From an uncultured Erysipelotrichaceae bacterium (GTDB lineage: Bacteria; Bacillota_I; Bacilli_A; RF39; UBA660): 64,000 bases of DNA. The notes beneath the pieces are model-generated. The model was not told where the DNA came from. It made no database searches and worked only from the letters and a program-made list of their open reading frames with translations. Of this stretch, positions 37,309 through 47,258 are shown in pieces; positions within the stretch are counted from its first letter, which is position 1; each line of letters begins with the position of its first letter. Where the stretch lies: positions 208,137 through 272,136 of the forward strand of contig CADBGE010000001.1 in assembly GCA_902794075.1 (NCBI GenBank). The letters are read 5' to 3'. The translations under genes were made by a program, and so were the position numbers.

Positions 37309-38385
37309 TTAGAATGGAAGATCATCATCTTCAGGTGCATTTGTCTGAGGTGCAGCGGGTTGCGGAGCACTTGTTGAACTTAATCCAAAGGGATCATTGT
37401 CTGGAGTCGGATCTGTTGTTACATTACCATAAGTAGCAGGATCCTCACCCTTAAGAACAATGTCAATCCAATTCTGTACTCGCTTTTTCTGTTCATCAGT
37501 CCACTCCTTATATCCAAGTTCCTCAATCAGGTTAGGTGCAAATGACTTGATTTGCTCAAGTACTCGCTTGTAGATTTCACCAAGCTTCTTGGTGTTCTCC
37601 TGAGCATTAATTTCCTTAGTCTTGTTCATACGGAACTCTGGATCGCGAGAACGCCAAACCTCCTTCATTGCATTTACATAAGTATCAAGTACTTGCTGTT
37701 CCTCAGCATTCAGAAGAGGACTTCCGTCAGGATTTTTACAGCTTACAATATCCTCAGAGATCTCACCCATGTAAGAAATCTCACGAAGTTTGCGCTCAGG
37801 TGCGTTACGATCATCAGGTCCAGGATGTACCTCAAGATAAATCTCACGTCCAAAGAGGAAGTCCATTACAGGAACAGGAGCACGACCACTATCCTTTGAA
37901 GGATTCATCTTTGCATTAATAATCTCGTACACTGACTTCGGAAGTTTCCAAAACATATATTGTCCAACAAGGTCAGGATTATTCTTGTCCTCCATAATCT
38001 GAACAAGTACATAACGGCTAAAACGCTTTTGGAAAATTCCCTTCTTGTGCTGTTCATTAAGAACAGTTCCCTCTGGAGCATAACGGCACTTCTTCCATGC
38101 AGTAAAGATAGGACAACTTGTGTCATTGTTTGTCAACTTACTTACAACACTGAACCAACCATCCTTATCCTGCATTGCATAAACTTGCTGCTCAAGAATT
38201 GAGTTCTTTACATCAAAAGGATTGTAAATGATTTTAATTGTCGAATGATAAATTCCATCCTCAGTCTTACTATCTGCGGGACGAGGCTTGTAAATGTTTT
38301 GGTTTCCCGATGCATGGGGAGTTTCTTCACGATTAAATAAGTCTTGCGGGTTAAAACCCAAAATGTCTAATTCATTCATTTTCAA
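37309..38385 (-). CDS. ssb: Single-stranded DNA-binding protein
   Basis: C-terminal acidic tail ...APEDDDLPF (compare bacterial SSB DDDIPF). A Gln/Pro-rich linker precedes it. Sits in the replication neighbourhood. Confidence 0.75.
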   Translation of the reverse strand: MKMNELDILGFNPQDLFNREETPHASGNQNIYKPRPADSKTEDGIYHSTIKIIYNPFDVKNSILEQQVYAMQDKDGWFSVVSKLTNNDTSCPIFTAWKKCRYAPEGTVLNEQHKKGIFQKRFSRYVLVQIMEDKNNPDLVGQYMFWKLPKSVYEIINAKMNPSKDSGRAPVPVMDFLFGREIYLEVHPGPDDRNAPERKLREISYMGEISEDIVSCKNPDGSPLLNAEEQQVLDTYVNAMKEVWRSRDPEFRMNKTKEINAQENTKKLGEIYKRVLEQIKSFAPNLIEELGYKEWTDEQKKRVQNWIDIVLKGEDPATYGNVTTDPTPDNDPFGLSSTSAPQPAAPQTNAPEDDDLPF

Positions 38386-38524
38386 AAATTTTTAAAGTTA
38401 ATTTATTAAGTTATTTGTTCAATTATTTGTTCATTATATAACGAACAATAGTTTTATATAATTTTAATATATTATTTGCAAAAGTATTTTTTCAAATTTT
38501 TTTAAATAATTGTTAAAAAATGTT

Positions 38525-38857
38525 TCATCTAATTCCTAATGTATTTGGTATTACACCATTTATAATAGGAGTATTTAGTGAATTAATCCTTGCTGTTTGA
38601 GTCGTAGGACTACCTACAGTTATTACTGTACCAAATATTTCCGAGTTCTTTATATAATAATCAATAGCAGAAGCAAATACTTCAGCCAACTGTTCTGATA
38701 CTAATTCATCAAAATTATTTGCAAAATCTTCTGCAACAGTGTCACCAATGTCAGACTTTGAAGGCCACATTCTTTTGAAGCATTCCTCAATGGCTGGTCT
38801 AACTATTGTTGACATACCATTTGCTAACTGATCTTTTAATGTCTCTTTATCAAGCAT
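38525..38857 (-). CDS. Hypothetical protein (110 aa)
   Basis: ATG ORF co-oriented in the gene block. Confidence 0.55.
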   Translation of the reverse strand: MLDKETLKDQLANGMSTIVRPAIEECFKRMWPSKSDIGDTVAEDFANNFDELVSEQLAEVFASAIDYYIKNSEIFGTVITVGSPTTQTARINSLNTPIINGVIPNTLGIR

Positions 38858-38860
38858 ATC

Positions 38861-39316
38861 TTATCTATTTATTACCCAGCATGCAAATTCAAACAGTCCT
38901 GCATATACGTCATCAACAACTTTCTTGTCCATTTTTCCATAAGGACGAATATATGTATCTACATATTCTCCAACAATCTTATGAAGATGAAGCTGCATAT
39001 CCATTGGAACACTCTTTGAAGGCAATTCTGGAACTTTCTTTTCATTCTTAATTGCTTCATTATGAATTTCATCACCAGCTTCCTTAATGTCTTTAATGAT
39101 GTCCTTCAAATCAAAACCAAATATTGTACTAAAAAGTAATCTTGTCAAATTATTTACTGAATCGTCGTTATTGCAAATCTTATCACATTCATCAACGTAT
39201 TTATTAAACTTTGCATAATCTTCGTCTTTAGTAAGATCTAATTTTTCTATATCTTCAGTGTCATTAACAGTTGAAAATACATCTTCCAATAATTTCAAAA
39301 TTCCGTCGTTGTTCAT
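38861..39316 (-). CDS. Hypothetical acidic protein (151 aa)
   Basis: ATG ORF with the promoter-like motif at 39341-39357 upstream. Confidence 0.55.
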   Translation of the reverse strand: MNNDGILKLLEDVFSTVNDTEDIEKLDLTKDEDYAKFNKYVDECDKICNNDDSVNNLTRLLFSTIFGFDLKDIIKDIKEAGDEIHNEAIKNEKKVPELPSKSVPMDMQLHLHKIVGEYVDTYIRPYGKMDKKVVDDVYAGLFEFACWVINR

Positions 39317-39340
39317 AATATAAAAGTTTGATATAATTTA

Positions 39341-39357
39341 TATATAATTAAAATATA
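39341..39357 (-). promoter_or_regulatory. Promoter-like ATTTTAATTATATA motif upstream of start at 39316
   Basis: Motif family as above. Confidence 0.35.
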
Positions 39358-39392
39358 TTATTGTTCTTTTTTAAAATTCAAAATTAGTTTAA

Positions 39393-39701
39393 CTAAAACA
39401 ATGCAGGTAAGGTAACTATAGCTCCAAGTATAACACCTGTAACATCAGCATATAAATCATCAATATCTGCACAACCATCACGAAAAATATCATCAATAAG
39501 ATATTCCTTTATTACTCCGATTAACAATGTCAAAAAAGTTGCCCATACAATAGCAAATCCTGGAACTAATATTAGCTGTAATATATTAAATAAAAGTACA
39601 AATATTAATGCTGATACTCCGGCATGAATAATTAAGTCTGTTCTTATTGAGCCCAATTTGTCATTTATGTAATTAAATGTGTTCTTTACAAAATTTTTCA
39701 T
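39393..39701 (-). CDS. Small membrane protein, VanZ-like
   Basis: Hydrophobic helices plus KEYLIDDIFRDGCADIDDLYADVTGVILG, which resembles the VanZ-family conserved E...R..D.DD....G motif. Confidence 0.45.
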   Translation of the reverse strand: MKNFVKNTFNYINDKLGSIRTDLIIHAGVSALIFVLLFNILQLILVPGFAIVWATFLTLLIGVIKEYLIDDIFRDGCADIDDLYADVTGVILGAIVTLPALF

Positions 39702-39715
39702 AATATTTTAAAAAG

Positions 39716-40078
39716 TTAAATTTTTCCTAATTTTTTTAACATCTTTTCAACATCTTCTTTACTATTATATTTCATAGGAACCTTTTTAAATTCTTCTTTG
39801 ACTATATCATATAATTTCTTTATCTCATCATATGTTTCCATTATATATATTTGATTATTGTCATGTACAAGAAGTTCGGATATATTACAATATTTTTTAA
39901 ATCCATCATCTTGTATTTCACCATTGTGTATTACTTTATAACCAAATGTAGTATCATCAATAAATCTTCCATATATCATTTGACATCTTTGATATACTTC
40001 ATATTTATTGTTAAGTCCATATTTAACCTTTATGGTATAAAAGTATTTGTTTACTGGAATTTTTGATGATATTTGCAT
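39716..40078 (-). CDS. Hypothetical protein (120 aa)
   Basis: ATG ORF. Confidence 0.5.
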   Translation of the reverse strand: MQISSKIPVNKYFYTIKVKYGLNNKYEVYQRCQMIYGRFIDDTTFGYKVIHNGEIQDDGFKKYCNISELLVHDNNQIYIMETYDEIKKLYDIVKEEFKKVPMKYNSKEDVEKMLKKLGKI

Positions 40079-40129
40079 AATGATATAAGTTTCCTACTAA
40101 AATATTATATATAAAAATATTTTCGTAGT

Positions 40130-40408
40130 TCATAAATCACGTTCTTTTCTAAATATGCATATAGGCTCATTATTTCTATTAAAATACATACTCAATAATC
40201 GAACTTTTTCATATGCTTCTTCCGTCCAAGGTTTTGACTTTAGATCATCAAAAAATTTTCCTTTATAAAAAATGAACTCTTTATATATTGGCTCATAAGA
40301 TTCTTTGTTCTCATTAAATAAATATGTCTGCCAATATCCATAACAAACATCAAGATCTAATATGTTCTTGATGTCTGTCATAATGAGATGTTTTTTATCT
40401 TCAGCCAT
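40130..40408 (-). CDS. Hypothetical protein (92 aa)
   Basis: ATG ORF. Confidence 0.5.
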   Translation of the reverse strand: MAEDKKHLIMTDIKNILDLDVCYGYWQTYLFNENKESYEPIYKEFIFYKGKFFDDLKSKPWTEEAYEKVRLLSMYFNRNNEPICIFRKERDL

Positions 40409-40429
40409 ATTTCTTTTTTTAAAAACTTC

Positions 40430-40753
40430 TTAGATAATTAATTTGTTTTCAGGTGAATTGCTTTCATTAACAGTATCGTGTCCATCATCAGTTAATTTAT
40501 AATATTCACGATCCTTCTTAAGTATTGTTCCACATTTTGAACACACTAGAATCTGGTCAGGCATTAATTGTGTCTTATTTGGACTGCCCAACAGTACTCC
40601 AGGAATCTTCTTAATAATCATTGCAGTAGTGAATGCTACATTTCCACACTTATCGCAGCACAATGAAGGATACTCCGTAGGATCTACTTGCGGCATCTGA
40701 AAGTTCTTATTGCTGTTTGCTGCGTCAATAATTTTTCCAAAATCTTCTGTCAT
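40430..40753 (-). CDS. C4 zinc-ribbon protein
   Basis: CCDKCGN...(29 aa)...CSKCGT pairs of CxxC. Confidence 0.55.
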   Translation of the reverse strand: MTEDFGKIIDAANSNKNFQMPQVDPTEYPSLCCDKCGNVAFTTAMIIKKIPGVLLGSPNKTQLMPDQILVCSKCGTILKKDREYYKLTDDGHDTVNESNSPENKLII

Positions 40754-40863
40754 AATCTTTCTTATTTTTTATTTATATATATTAAAATATTAATTTTATT
40801 TGCAAAAATTTAATGATATCCTTAACAAAAAATATTTCTGATTTCATTAAAATTCTTTAACAT

Positions 40864-43800
40864 ATGTTAAAATATTATAATAAAATCAAAGAAAATAGCA
40901 AATATAATTTAAATCATTTTATGGTGAATAATTCATTATCCAAATCATTAGGTACATATTTAAAACAAATTTCTGACAAGTATAAGAATAAAGAAAATGG
41001 CGACTTAACAGGAATCTTAAGTTCCTTTAGTCAAATGAGTAAAGATTATTCGGAATTCACAAACACTAAGCAGGATGAATTCGCATATTCAAATTATGAA
41101 TATTCTAAATGTAGTGAAGTTGAGAAAAAAGATTTTATAAATCAACAACTACAGTTCATTGAATGTCTTGTTCTTGATAATATATATAATATGTCAGGAA
41201 CTATTCGTAATTGGTATGAAATTTATTCATTGATGACAAATAAGTTATATAAGAACGTTGAGAAGAAAAATCGTAAAGTCATATATTCTTGTACTTCAAC
41301 ATCACGTCCTGTAGGAGAAAAGTCTTATATGACCTGGAATGGATTTCAGATTATAGACCTTGATATTAAAAATTCTAAATTGTCTGATGATTTAAAACCG
41401 TTATTATTTAATGAACTATGCAAATATAATTGGTTTCTTGGTGTATATAAATCGGCATCAGGAAAAGGACTTCATATATGGACAAAGATAAAGCCACTTT
41501 CACTTGACCAAAGAGGAAAACGTATTGAATACTTATGTAATTTCCGTCATAAATATTCTTATGTATATATAGTATTATTAAAATACGCATCAAAATTTAA
41601 CTACACAAAGGATGACATTTTGCAGTATATGGATATGGCAATGGCAAAACCGCAGCAAGGATCATTCATATCATACGACAATACTGCTTTGATGTCGACT
41701 AATTTTAAAGATTTTAGACTTGATGTAAATTTTGAAAGTTCAATCACAAATGGTATAGAAACTATTGATTGGATTGCCCATCCTGATTTGAAGATGATTT
41801 TTAGAAAACTTGATTGGTTTGCAAATGAATCATTTGACAAATCTTCTAATGTTGATGTGTCTGACATTGAGGAAGTCTCAAACAGAGATAAGAAAAAGTC
41901 AAATGGACGTAAGCACTATAAACATGCTCAACGATGGCAGATTGCAAACACTCTTGTTTCTATATATGGAGAGAAAAAGGCACTTGATTTAATTATAGAA
42001 ATATGTAAAGATACTCCGTATCGCGAGTTGGCAGGTGACATTAGAACTGCAAGTATTCATAATAAGCCAATTTCTATATGGGCTATAAAAGAACTAAATG
42101 CGCAACATGGTTTTAACATTAAGATAAATAATACGAATATATATAGTGATGAATTAGAAGAAATTGAGAAAAAGATGTCTGAAGATGCATCAAACTTAGA
42201 TGATCCAACTCGTGTTCTTAATGATTCTACTGTTGCTACTACTATATATATAAAAAGTAATCAATATCTTTCTGATGTGAAAGATCAGATATTGGAAAAT
42301 TTATCACATATTACATTGCTTGAAGCCGGCGCAGGATATGGAAAGACTGAAATGATTAAAGCGTTCAAAGCTAAGACATTACTTATTCTTCCATTTACTT
42401 CAACAATTAAAGCAAAAGTAGAATCAAGTGAGACAACAAAAGATTGGTTATATTTCTATGGAAACAAAAGACCAACACTTGACAATATATTTGATAATAG
42501 ATCTATGACTATGACAATTGATAAGTTCTCAAGACTAAATATTATGGAACTTAATCAAGCAGGATTTGATTATATAGTTGTGGATGAAAGCCACTTATTG
42601 TTCACAAGTTCATATAGGGATGTCATGAGTCCTGCCATTCAAAGACTTGCGAATAGTTCTGCAAAAGTAATTATGATGACAGGAACTCCTACAGGTGAAA
42701 TGCTGTTTTTTCCAAATATTAGACATATAAAGGTCATAAAGGAAGACACACGAATAAAACAATGCACCGTTCATACATACCCATATAAACTTGAGACATT
42801 TTATAGAATGTGCGAGATGATGGCAAATGACATCATTAATGGTTATAAAGTATTATATCCATCAAATAAAGGAAATTTATATTTTGAGACTGTCACAGGA
42901 TTCATTCAGTACATATTAAATAATTCTAAAGATAAAGATACAGGAAAACCAATATCTCATAAGTTAAAGGCATTTTATTATAAAAAATCAAACTATGGTG
43001 AGGAAAGTATGGAAAACATAAATATCAATAAGACTTATGGAGATAATGACATCATATTCTGTTCAAGTTATTTAAGTGTTGGTGTTGATATTTGTGATGA
43101 CAAGACTTTCTCAATATATTTTACGGATCTTATGATTCCGCAGGACATTGAACAATATGCAAACCGACTTCGTAATAATGACTTATTTATTCATATAATG
43201 CTACCAAGAAATGATGATGATGGTACACCAATAAGATATGACATTGTGAAGCCTCTTGATCTTAACTTTGATGAAGCTGATTTATTGTTTATACGAGACT
43301 TATTAAGAACAATGAATGATATGCTCGAACGTAATTCCGAAGAATCAAAATATTCACCAATTCTTAGTTCAATTCTTGCAGCACATAAGGCACTGAAATA
43401 TGATGAAAACGAATGTAAATATTATATAGATGAAACAACATATAAATTAAACATTTTTGAAGAAAGATATAATGAATATTCTAAGCAACTTAAGGTATTG
43501 ACAAAAGGATTACGTTATTATGGATACACAATAGACTTTGACAATAATGAAAAAGTAATGACAGAAAGTGGACGAGCATATATTGAAGATTTTAAAAGAA
43601 CTTGTAGAAATATAAAACATAATGCAGATACAGCAAAGACATTTGAACTTCTTGACCATATTAATGATGAGAACATTGAAATATATAAAGAATTTATGAA
43701 AGGTTCATATGAAATATTCAGGGCTCCGGAATATTCAGAAGAACGAATAAGTAATAAACTATTTGTGAAGGACATTGAAATAATTGGAAAGAATATGCCA

Positions 43801-44598
43801 ATCATCATCTCATTATATAAATTCTATAATATTGATACTATAAAAGACATATATAAGTTTTGTGTTAATTATAGATCAAATGCTATCAACTATACTCAAC
43901 TTAAAAGAATTAGACAGTTCATTAAAATTGAAGCAAATAGAAGATATAAGAGAGTTGATTTTCCTGTCATAAAATTTATTAATGAAGCAAAAAAGTTCGC
44001 GACAGATAATTCATCAACTAATCAGTCAGCAATTGATATGTTCCTTGCTGATTATGCAACAAGATATGCAAACTCAATTAAAGATGTCGTCGTTGAAGAC
44101 CTTCAGTATCATCAATACATTTATGAATTAGTTAGAGAACTTTGGAAAGTCATAATCGTTGAGACTAAATCAAGAAAAGGAAGTATAAATATAAAGCCAT
44201 TTGAATTGTTATGGGAGGAAAAAGATAAGACAAAGAATTTATTTGGTGATGAAATGACACAACAGTTCTTCTTGGTTGATGAACTTATGGAAAACATGAA
44301 GGATGAAAATGGAAATATATTGAATATTGATAAAGTCGTTGATGAAAGTGAAACTGAACAAGAATTTGAACATACTTCAAAGAAAAGAATTTCTGACATT
44401 AAAAATGAAATTCCAACAATTGTTCATAGTGATTTTGATTACGAAAAGTATTCAGAACTTGATGGATCTAATGAACGATTCATCCGTAAACAGAAAAACA
44501 CAAATCATTTGGTTGATAGTGTGTTTGCAATGGAAGAACGTGATAATGATTTAAGAAATGCTGAACTAAAAGAAATGACATTATTTGATGAAGAATGA
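40864..44598 (+). CDS. AEP-family primase (PrimPol-like) fused to a DExH helicase, replicative primase-helicase
   Basis: N-terminal AEP motif I FQIIDLDIK (hhhDhD) and motif II SGKGLHIW (sG.G.H). Downstream Walker A GAGYGKTEM and Walker B/DExH IVVDESHLL. 1244 aa. Confidence 0.75.
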   Translation: MLKYYNKIKENSKYNLNHFMVNNSLSKSLGTYLKQISDKYKNKENGDLTGILSSFSQMSKDYSEFTNTKQDEFAYSNYEYSKCSEVEKKDFINQQLQFIECLVLDNIYNMSGTIRNWYEIYSLMTNKLYKNVEKKNRKVIYSCTSTSRPVGEKSYMTWNGFQIIDLDIKNSKLSDDLKPLLFNELCKYNWFLGVYKSASGKGLHIWTKIKPLSLDQRGKRIEYLCNFRHKYSYVYIVLLKYASKFNYTKDDILQYMDMAMAKPQQGSFISYDNTALMSTNFKDFRLDVNFESSITNGIETIDWIAHPDLKMIFRKLDWFANESFDKSSNVDVSDIEEVSNRDKKKSNGRKHYKHAQRWQIANTLVSIYGEKKALDLIIEICKDTPYRELAGDIRTASIHNKPISIWAIKELNAQHGFNIKINNTNIYSDELEEIEKKMSEDASNLDDPTRVLNDSTVATTIYIKSNQYLSDVKDQILENLSHITLLEAGAGYGKTEMIKAFKAKTLLILPFTSTIKAKVESSETTKDWLYFYGNKRPTLDNIFDNRSMTMTIDKFSRLNIMELNQAGFDYIVVDESHLLFTSSYRDVMSPAIQRLANSSAKVIMMTGTPTGEMLFFPNIRHIKVIKEDTRIKQCTVHTYPYKLETFYRMCEMMANDIINGYKVLYPSNKGNLYFETVTGFIQYILNNSKDKDTGKPISHKLKAFYYKKSNYGEESMENININKTYGDNDIIFCSSYLSVGVDICDDKTFSIYFTDLMIPQDIEQYANRLRNNDLFIHIMLPRNDDDGTPIRYDIVKPLDLNFDEADLLFIRDLLRTMNDMLERNSEESKYSPILSSILAAHKALKYDENECKYYIDETTYKLNIFEERYNEYSKQLKVLTKGLRYYGYTIDFDNNEKVMTESGRAYIEDFKRTCRNIKHNADTAKTFELLDHINDENIEIYKEFMKGSYEIFRAPEYSEERISNKLFVKDIEIIGKNMPIIISLYKFYNIDTIKDIYKFCVNYRSNAINYTQLKRIRQFIKIEANRRYKRVDFPVIKFINEAKKFATDNSSTNQSAIDMFLADYATRYANSIKDVVVEDLQYHQYIYELVRELWKVIIVETKSRKGSINIKPFELLWEEKDKTKNLFGDEMTQQFFLVDELMENMKDENGNILNIDKVVDESETEQEFEHTSKKRISDIKNEIPTIVHSDFDYEKYSELDGSNERFIRKQKNTNHLVDSVFAMEERDNDLRNAELKEMTLFDEE

Positions 44599-44649
44599 TT
44601 TAAAAAATTTATATATTTGCTATTATTTTATAATACTGTGAAAAAATTA

Positions 44650-44687
44650 GAACCTGTATTGTTGCGAAACAACGCAGGTTCATTTTA
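44650..44687 (+). terminator. Candidate terminator after primase-helicase gene
   Basis: GAACCTG...(18 nt)...CAGGTTC 7-bp stem followed by ATTTTAATAAT. Imperfect inner region. Confidence 0.4.
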
Positions 44688-44710
44688 ATAATATATATAA
44701 AGTAATATCT

Positions 44711-44914
44711 TTAATCAATTATCATATTCATTTCATAACATTCACGAATGAACACAAACATATCAAGATTAGTGTTTAGACCACTGCAATTCAATTTTCC
44801 TGGAGAAGATATAAGTTTCCAACCTTCTTGACCAAGTTTGTTCAATTCTTCGCATATGCCCATTGATGACAAGCCATCAAAGCATCGCATAAGATATTCA
44901 TATTTAGTTTTCAT
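44711..44914 (-). CDS. Hypothetical small protein (67 aa)
   Basis: ATG ORF. Overlaps the next ORF by 11 nt. Confidence 0.4.
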   Translation of the reverse strand: MKTKYEYLMRCFDGLSSMGICEELNKLGQEGWKLISSPGKLNCSGLNTNLDMFVFIRECYEMNMIID

Positions 44915-45122
44915 AAAGTCTCATTAAATCTATTTCTATAACCTCAGGTTCCATTTCCCAAGTCATCTTTGAGTGAGATATCATATTGTCTATATTCTTC
45001 TGTACAATTGAATTTACATAAGGTCTTGTTGATACCCATGTCCCAGAATTCATGCATCGTGTTGGCTCAACCGTATGAAGAGATACTTTTCTATTCTTAT
45101 TAACTCCGATAAATATCTGCAT
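44904..45122 (-). CDS. Hypothetical small protein (72 aa)
   Basis: ATG ORF whose start lies 38 bp downstream of repeat copy B. Confidence 0.45.
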   Translation of the reverse strand: MQIFIGVNKNRKVSLHTVEPTRCMNSGTWVSTRPYVNSIVQKNIDNMISHSKMTWEMEPEVIEIDLMRLYEN

Positions 45123-45159
45123 ATTATTTTTTATAAAAAATGTTAAAAATATTAAAGTG

Positions 45160-45252
45160 AACTATGTATCTTAGAACATCCTAGACTATATCTAGATCAT
45201 CATCTAATGACTTTTTATAATCATTTTAATAAATTATATAGTTGCCATTTTT
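45160..45252. repeat. 93-bp intergenic element, copy B (copy A at 13217-13309)
   Basis: See copy A. The flanking sequences are unrelated, so this is a discrete element. Confidence 0.8.
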
Positions 45253-45279
45253 AGAGGCTGTCTAAGATGATATATGAAC

Positions 45280-45510
45280 TTATTCTTTAACGCAATCACC
45301 ATATACATATACTACGTTTGATAATGCAATTTGAGTGATTTCATATTCATCAATTAGTTCATCATCCATTGCCTTTATTACCTTTGCTTGTACATCAGCT
45401 GGGTCAACAGCATCAACAAGATGAGTTTCTTTTACTTTCTTTACTTTCCCATTTGAATCTTCTTGTGTGAACGATATGGTTGCTGTGTAAAATTTATTAA
45501 TTGGTTGCAT
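45280..45510 (-). CDS. Hypothetical small protein (76 aa)
   Basis: ATG ORF with the promoter-like motif 45529-45544 upstream. Confidence 0.5.
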   Translation of the reverse strand: MQPINKFYTATISFTQEDSNGKVKKVKETHLVDAVDPADVQAKVIKAMDDELIDEYEITQIALSNVVYVYGDCVKE

Positions 45511-45528
45511 AAGTCATAATCTTATTTT

Positions 45529-45544
45529 TATATAATTAAAAATA
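45529..45544 (-). promoter_or_regulatory. Promoter-like ATTTTTAATTATATA motif upstream of start at 45510
   Basis: Motif family as above. Immediately downstream (in transcript direction) of the dnaJ terminator. Confidence 0.4.
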
Positions 45545-45548
45545 AAAA

Positions 45549-45572
45549 AAGATCTACATAAAGTAGATCTTC
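45549..45572 (-). terminator. Rho-independent terminator of dnaJ
   Basis: AAGATCTAC-ATAAA-GTAGATCTT hairpin. On the minus strand it is followed by TTTTTTTATTTTT. Abuts the dnaJ stop at 45577. Confidence 0.7.
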
Positions 45573-45576
45573 ATTT

Positions 45577-46650
45577 TCATTTATGTTCTTTACGAATTTT
45601 TTCAAGCAATTTTCTTTCTTCTTTATTGATTGATGTAGGCATGATTACATTTATTATATATCTATATTCATATCCATTTATTGTACCTCCATATATGTTC
45701 GCTTCATTTTGCGTGCATTCCTTTAACTTTAGATTAATTGTCTTTCCATTTGGAATTGTCATTTTCATTTCTTTACCAATAATTGCGTCATAATATGGAA
45801 CATCAATCTTTTCATATATTGTTCTTCCTTGTACAAGATATTTATTCTTATCATACTGATGAAGCAATATGACTTGTAAATCTCCAGTAGGTGCTCCAGG
45901 AGTCTTACTTTCACATCCTGCACCATTTATAACAAGTGTATGTCCATTTTGACATCCTTTAGGAATATTAATCGTTACACTATTTTCTTTACTAATTAGA
46001 CCTTCACCATGGCATTTTTTACATTTATTCTTAATGATTTTTCCAGTGGCGCCACAGTATTGGCATGGATGAGAATTCTGTACCATTCCAAATCCAGTTC
46101 TATGAATCTCTGTGATCATACCAGTTCCATGACAATGCGGGCAAGTATCAACTCCAGTACCACCAGTTCCGTTACAGTCAGTACATCTTACATTACGATT
46201 ATATTTAAATGTTTTTTCTCCACCGTCAAGAATCTCCTTAATTCCAATTCCAACTTGTATTCTCAAGTTCTGACCAGGTTCTGGTCCTCTTGGTTGCTGT
46301 TGACGAGGTCTTCCACTGCCTCCAAAGAAACGTTCGAATCCTCCTAAATCAAAATCATCAAAGAATGAACTGAAATGAGAGAACATATCCGCACCACCAG
46401 ACCAGCCTTGCCCATAATTGTCCATACTTCCGTATCGGTCATAATGCGCTCTCTTGTTAGCATCAGACAAGCATTCATATGCTTCCTGGACATCCTTGAA
46501 GTTTTCCTCAGCTTTCTTTTTCTCATCATCTGACTTTCCTGCCTGTCTATCCGGATGATACTTCAAACACATTTTCTTATACTGCTTCTTTAAGTCATCT
46601 TCTGTGAAGTTCTTATCAACTCCTAAAATTTTATAGTAGTCTTTAGCCAT
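45577..46650 (-). CDS. dnaJ: DnaJ (Hsp40) co-chaperone, full type I
   Basis: J domain with HPD (DYYKILGV...YHPDRQ). G/F-rich region. Four CxxCxGxG zinc-finger repeats (CTDCNGTG, CPHCHGTG, CQYCGATG, CKKCHGEG). C-terminal substrate-binding domains. Confidence 0.9.
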   Translation of the reverse strand: MAKDYYKILGVDKNFTEDDLKKQYKKMCLKYHPDRQAGKSDDEKKKAEENFKDVQEAYECLSDANKRAHYDRYGSMDNYGQGWSGGADMFSHFSSFFDDFDLGGFERFFGGSGRPRQQQPRGPEPGQNLRIQVGIGIKEILDGGEKTFKYNRNVRCTDCNGTGGTGVDTCPHCHGTGMITEIHRTGFGMVQNSHPCQYCGATGKIIKNKCKKCHGEGLISKENSVTINIPKGCQNGHTLVINGAGCESKTPGAPTGDLQVILLHQYDKNKYLVQGRTIYEKIDVPYYDAIIGKEMKMTIPNGKTINLKLKECTQNEANIYGGTINGYEYRYIINVIMPTSINKEERKLLEKIRKEHK

Positions 46651-46712
46651 AATATTAAAAAAATCTTATATAAAAATTAACAATATTAAAATATTAATTT
46701 TATTATTAAATT

Positions 46713-47258
46713 TCAATCGTTATACAATATAATGATTTTAAATTTTTCTATATTGTCAACATCAAACTTTCCTCTCTTAAAAAGTGATCTTCCTATTATA
46801 TACATCAGCACATCATCATCTTTTATACGAATAAGCTGTACGTTGTTCTTTGATGCTCGAGAATTTGATTGAAACAACAATTCAGATAAATCTTCTTCAT
46901 TTGCAATAGTAATAATTTCTTTCAACATTTTATTCTTCCCATAATTGTCAGGGCGATACTTATGATACCATAATAATTTGATATGATCATATTCATTAAT
47001 GTTATTTATTATTTCATCAGCAAAATTAAGTAATCTATTGGTAACACCTCCATCTTTATCTGTGACCCATAGCCAGGTATATTGGATTGCATCTTTTGAA
47101 ACTTTCGCATCAATATTTTGCGGATCACACCATATTTTCTTTGCAAGTTCCAATAATTGACTTGCCGTATCTATGTAATCTTTGTTGATAATTAATTTTT
47201 CATCAAATCGTTTATTGATGATAAGACGTTCTTCTATATGCTGAGACAATGATTTCAT
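46713..47258 (-). CDS. Hypothetical protein with CTS-like N-terminus (MKSLSQHIEE)
   Basis: 181 aa. The N-terminus carries the family signature followed by the (E)KLIINK(D/N)(Y/F) second motif shared with 47255, 50630 and 54273. Confidence 0.6.
   Translation of the reverse strand: MKSLSQHIEERLIINKRFDEKLIINKDYIDTASQLLELAKKIWCDPQNIDAKVSKDAIQYTWLWVTDKDGGVTNRLLNFADEIINNINEYDHIKLLWYHKYRPDNYGKNKMLKEIITIANEEDLSELLFQSNSRASKNNVQLIRIKDDDVLMYIIGRSLFKRGKFDVDNIEKFKIIILYND

Noticed and set aside
37552-38202. Four overlapping ORFs inside the ssb gene.
   Set aside because: They are nested in a gene with clear SSB hallmarks. They are mutually overlapping and on both strands.
41408-44554. Short ORFs within the primase-helicase gene (41408-41593, 41601-41867, 41810-41992, 43518-43808, 44121-44399, 44327-44554).
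   Set aside because: They are nested in a 1244-aa ORF with catalytic motifs spread throughout.
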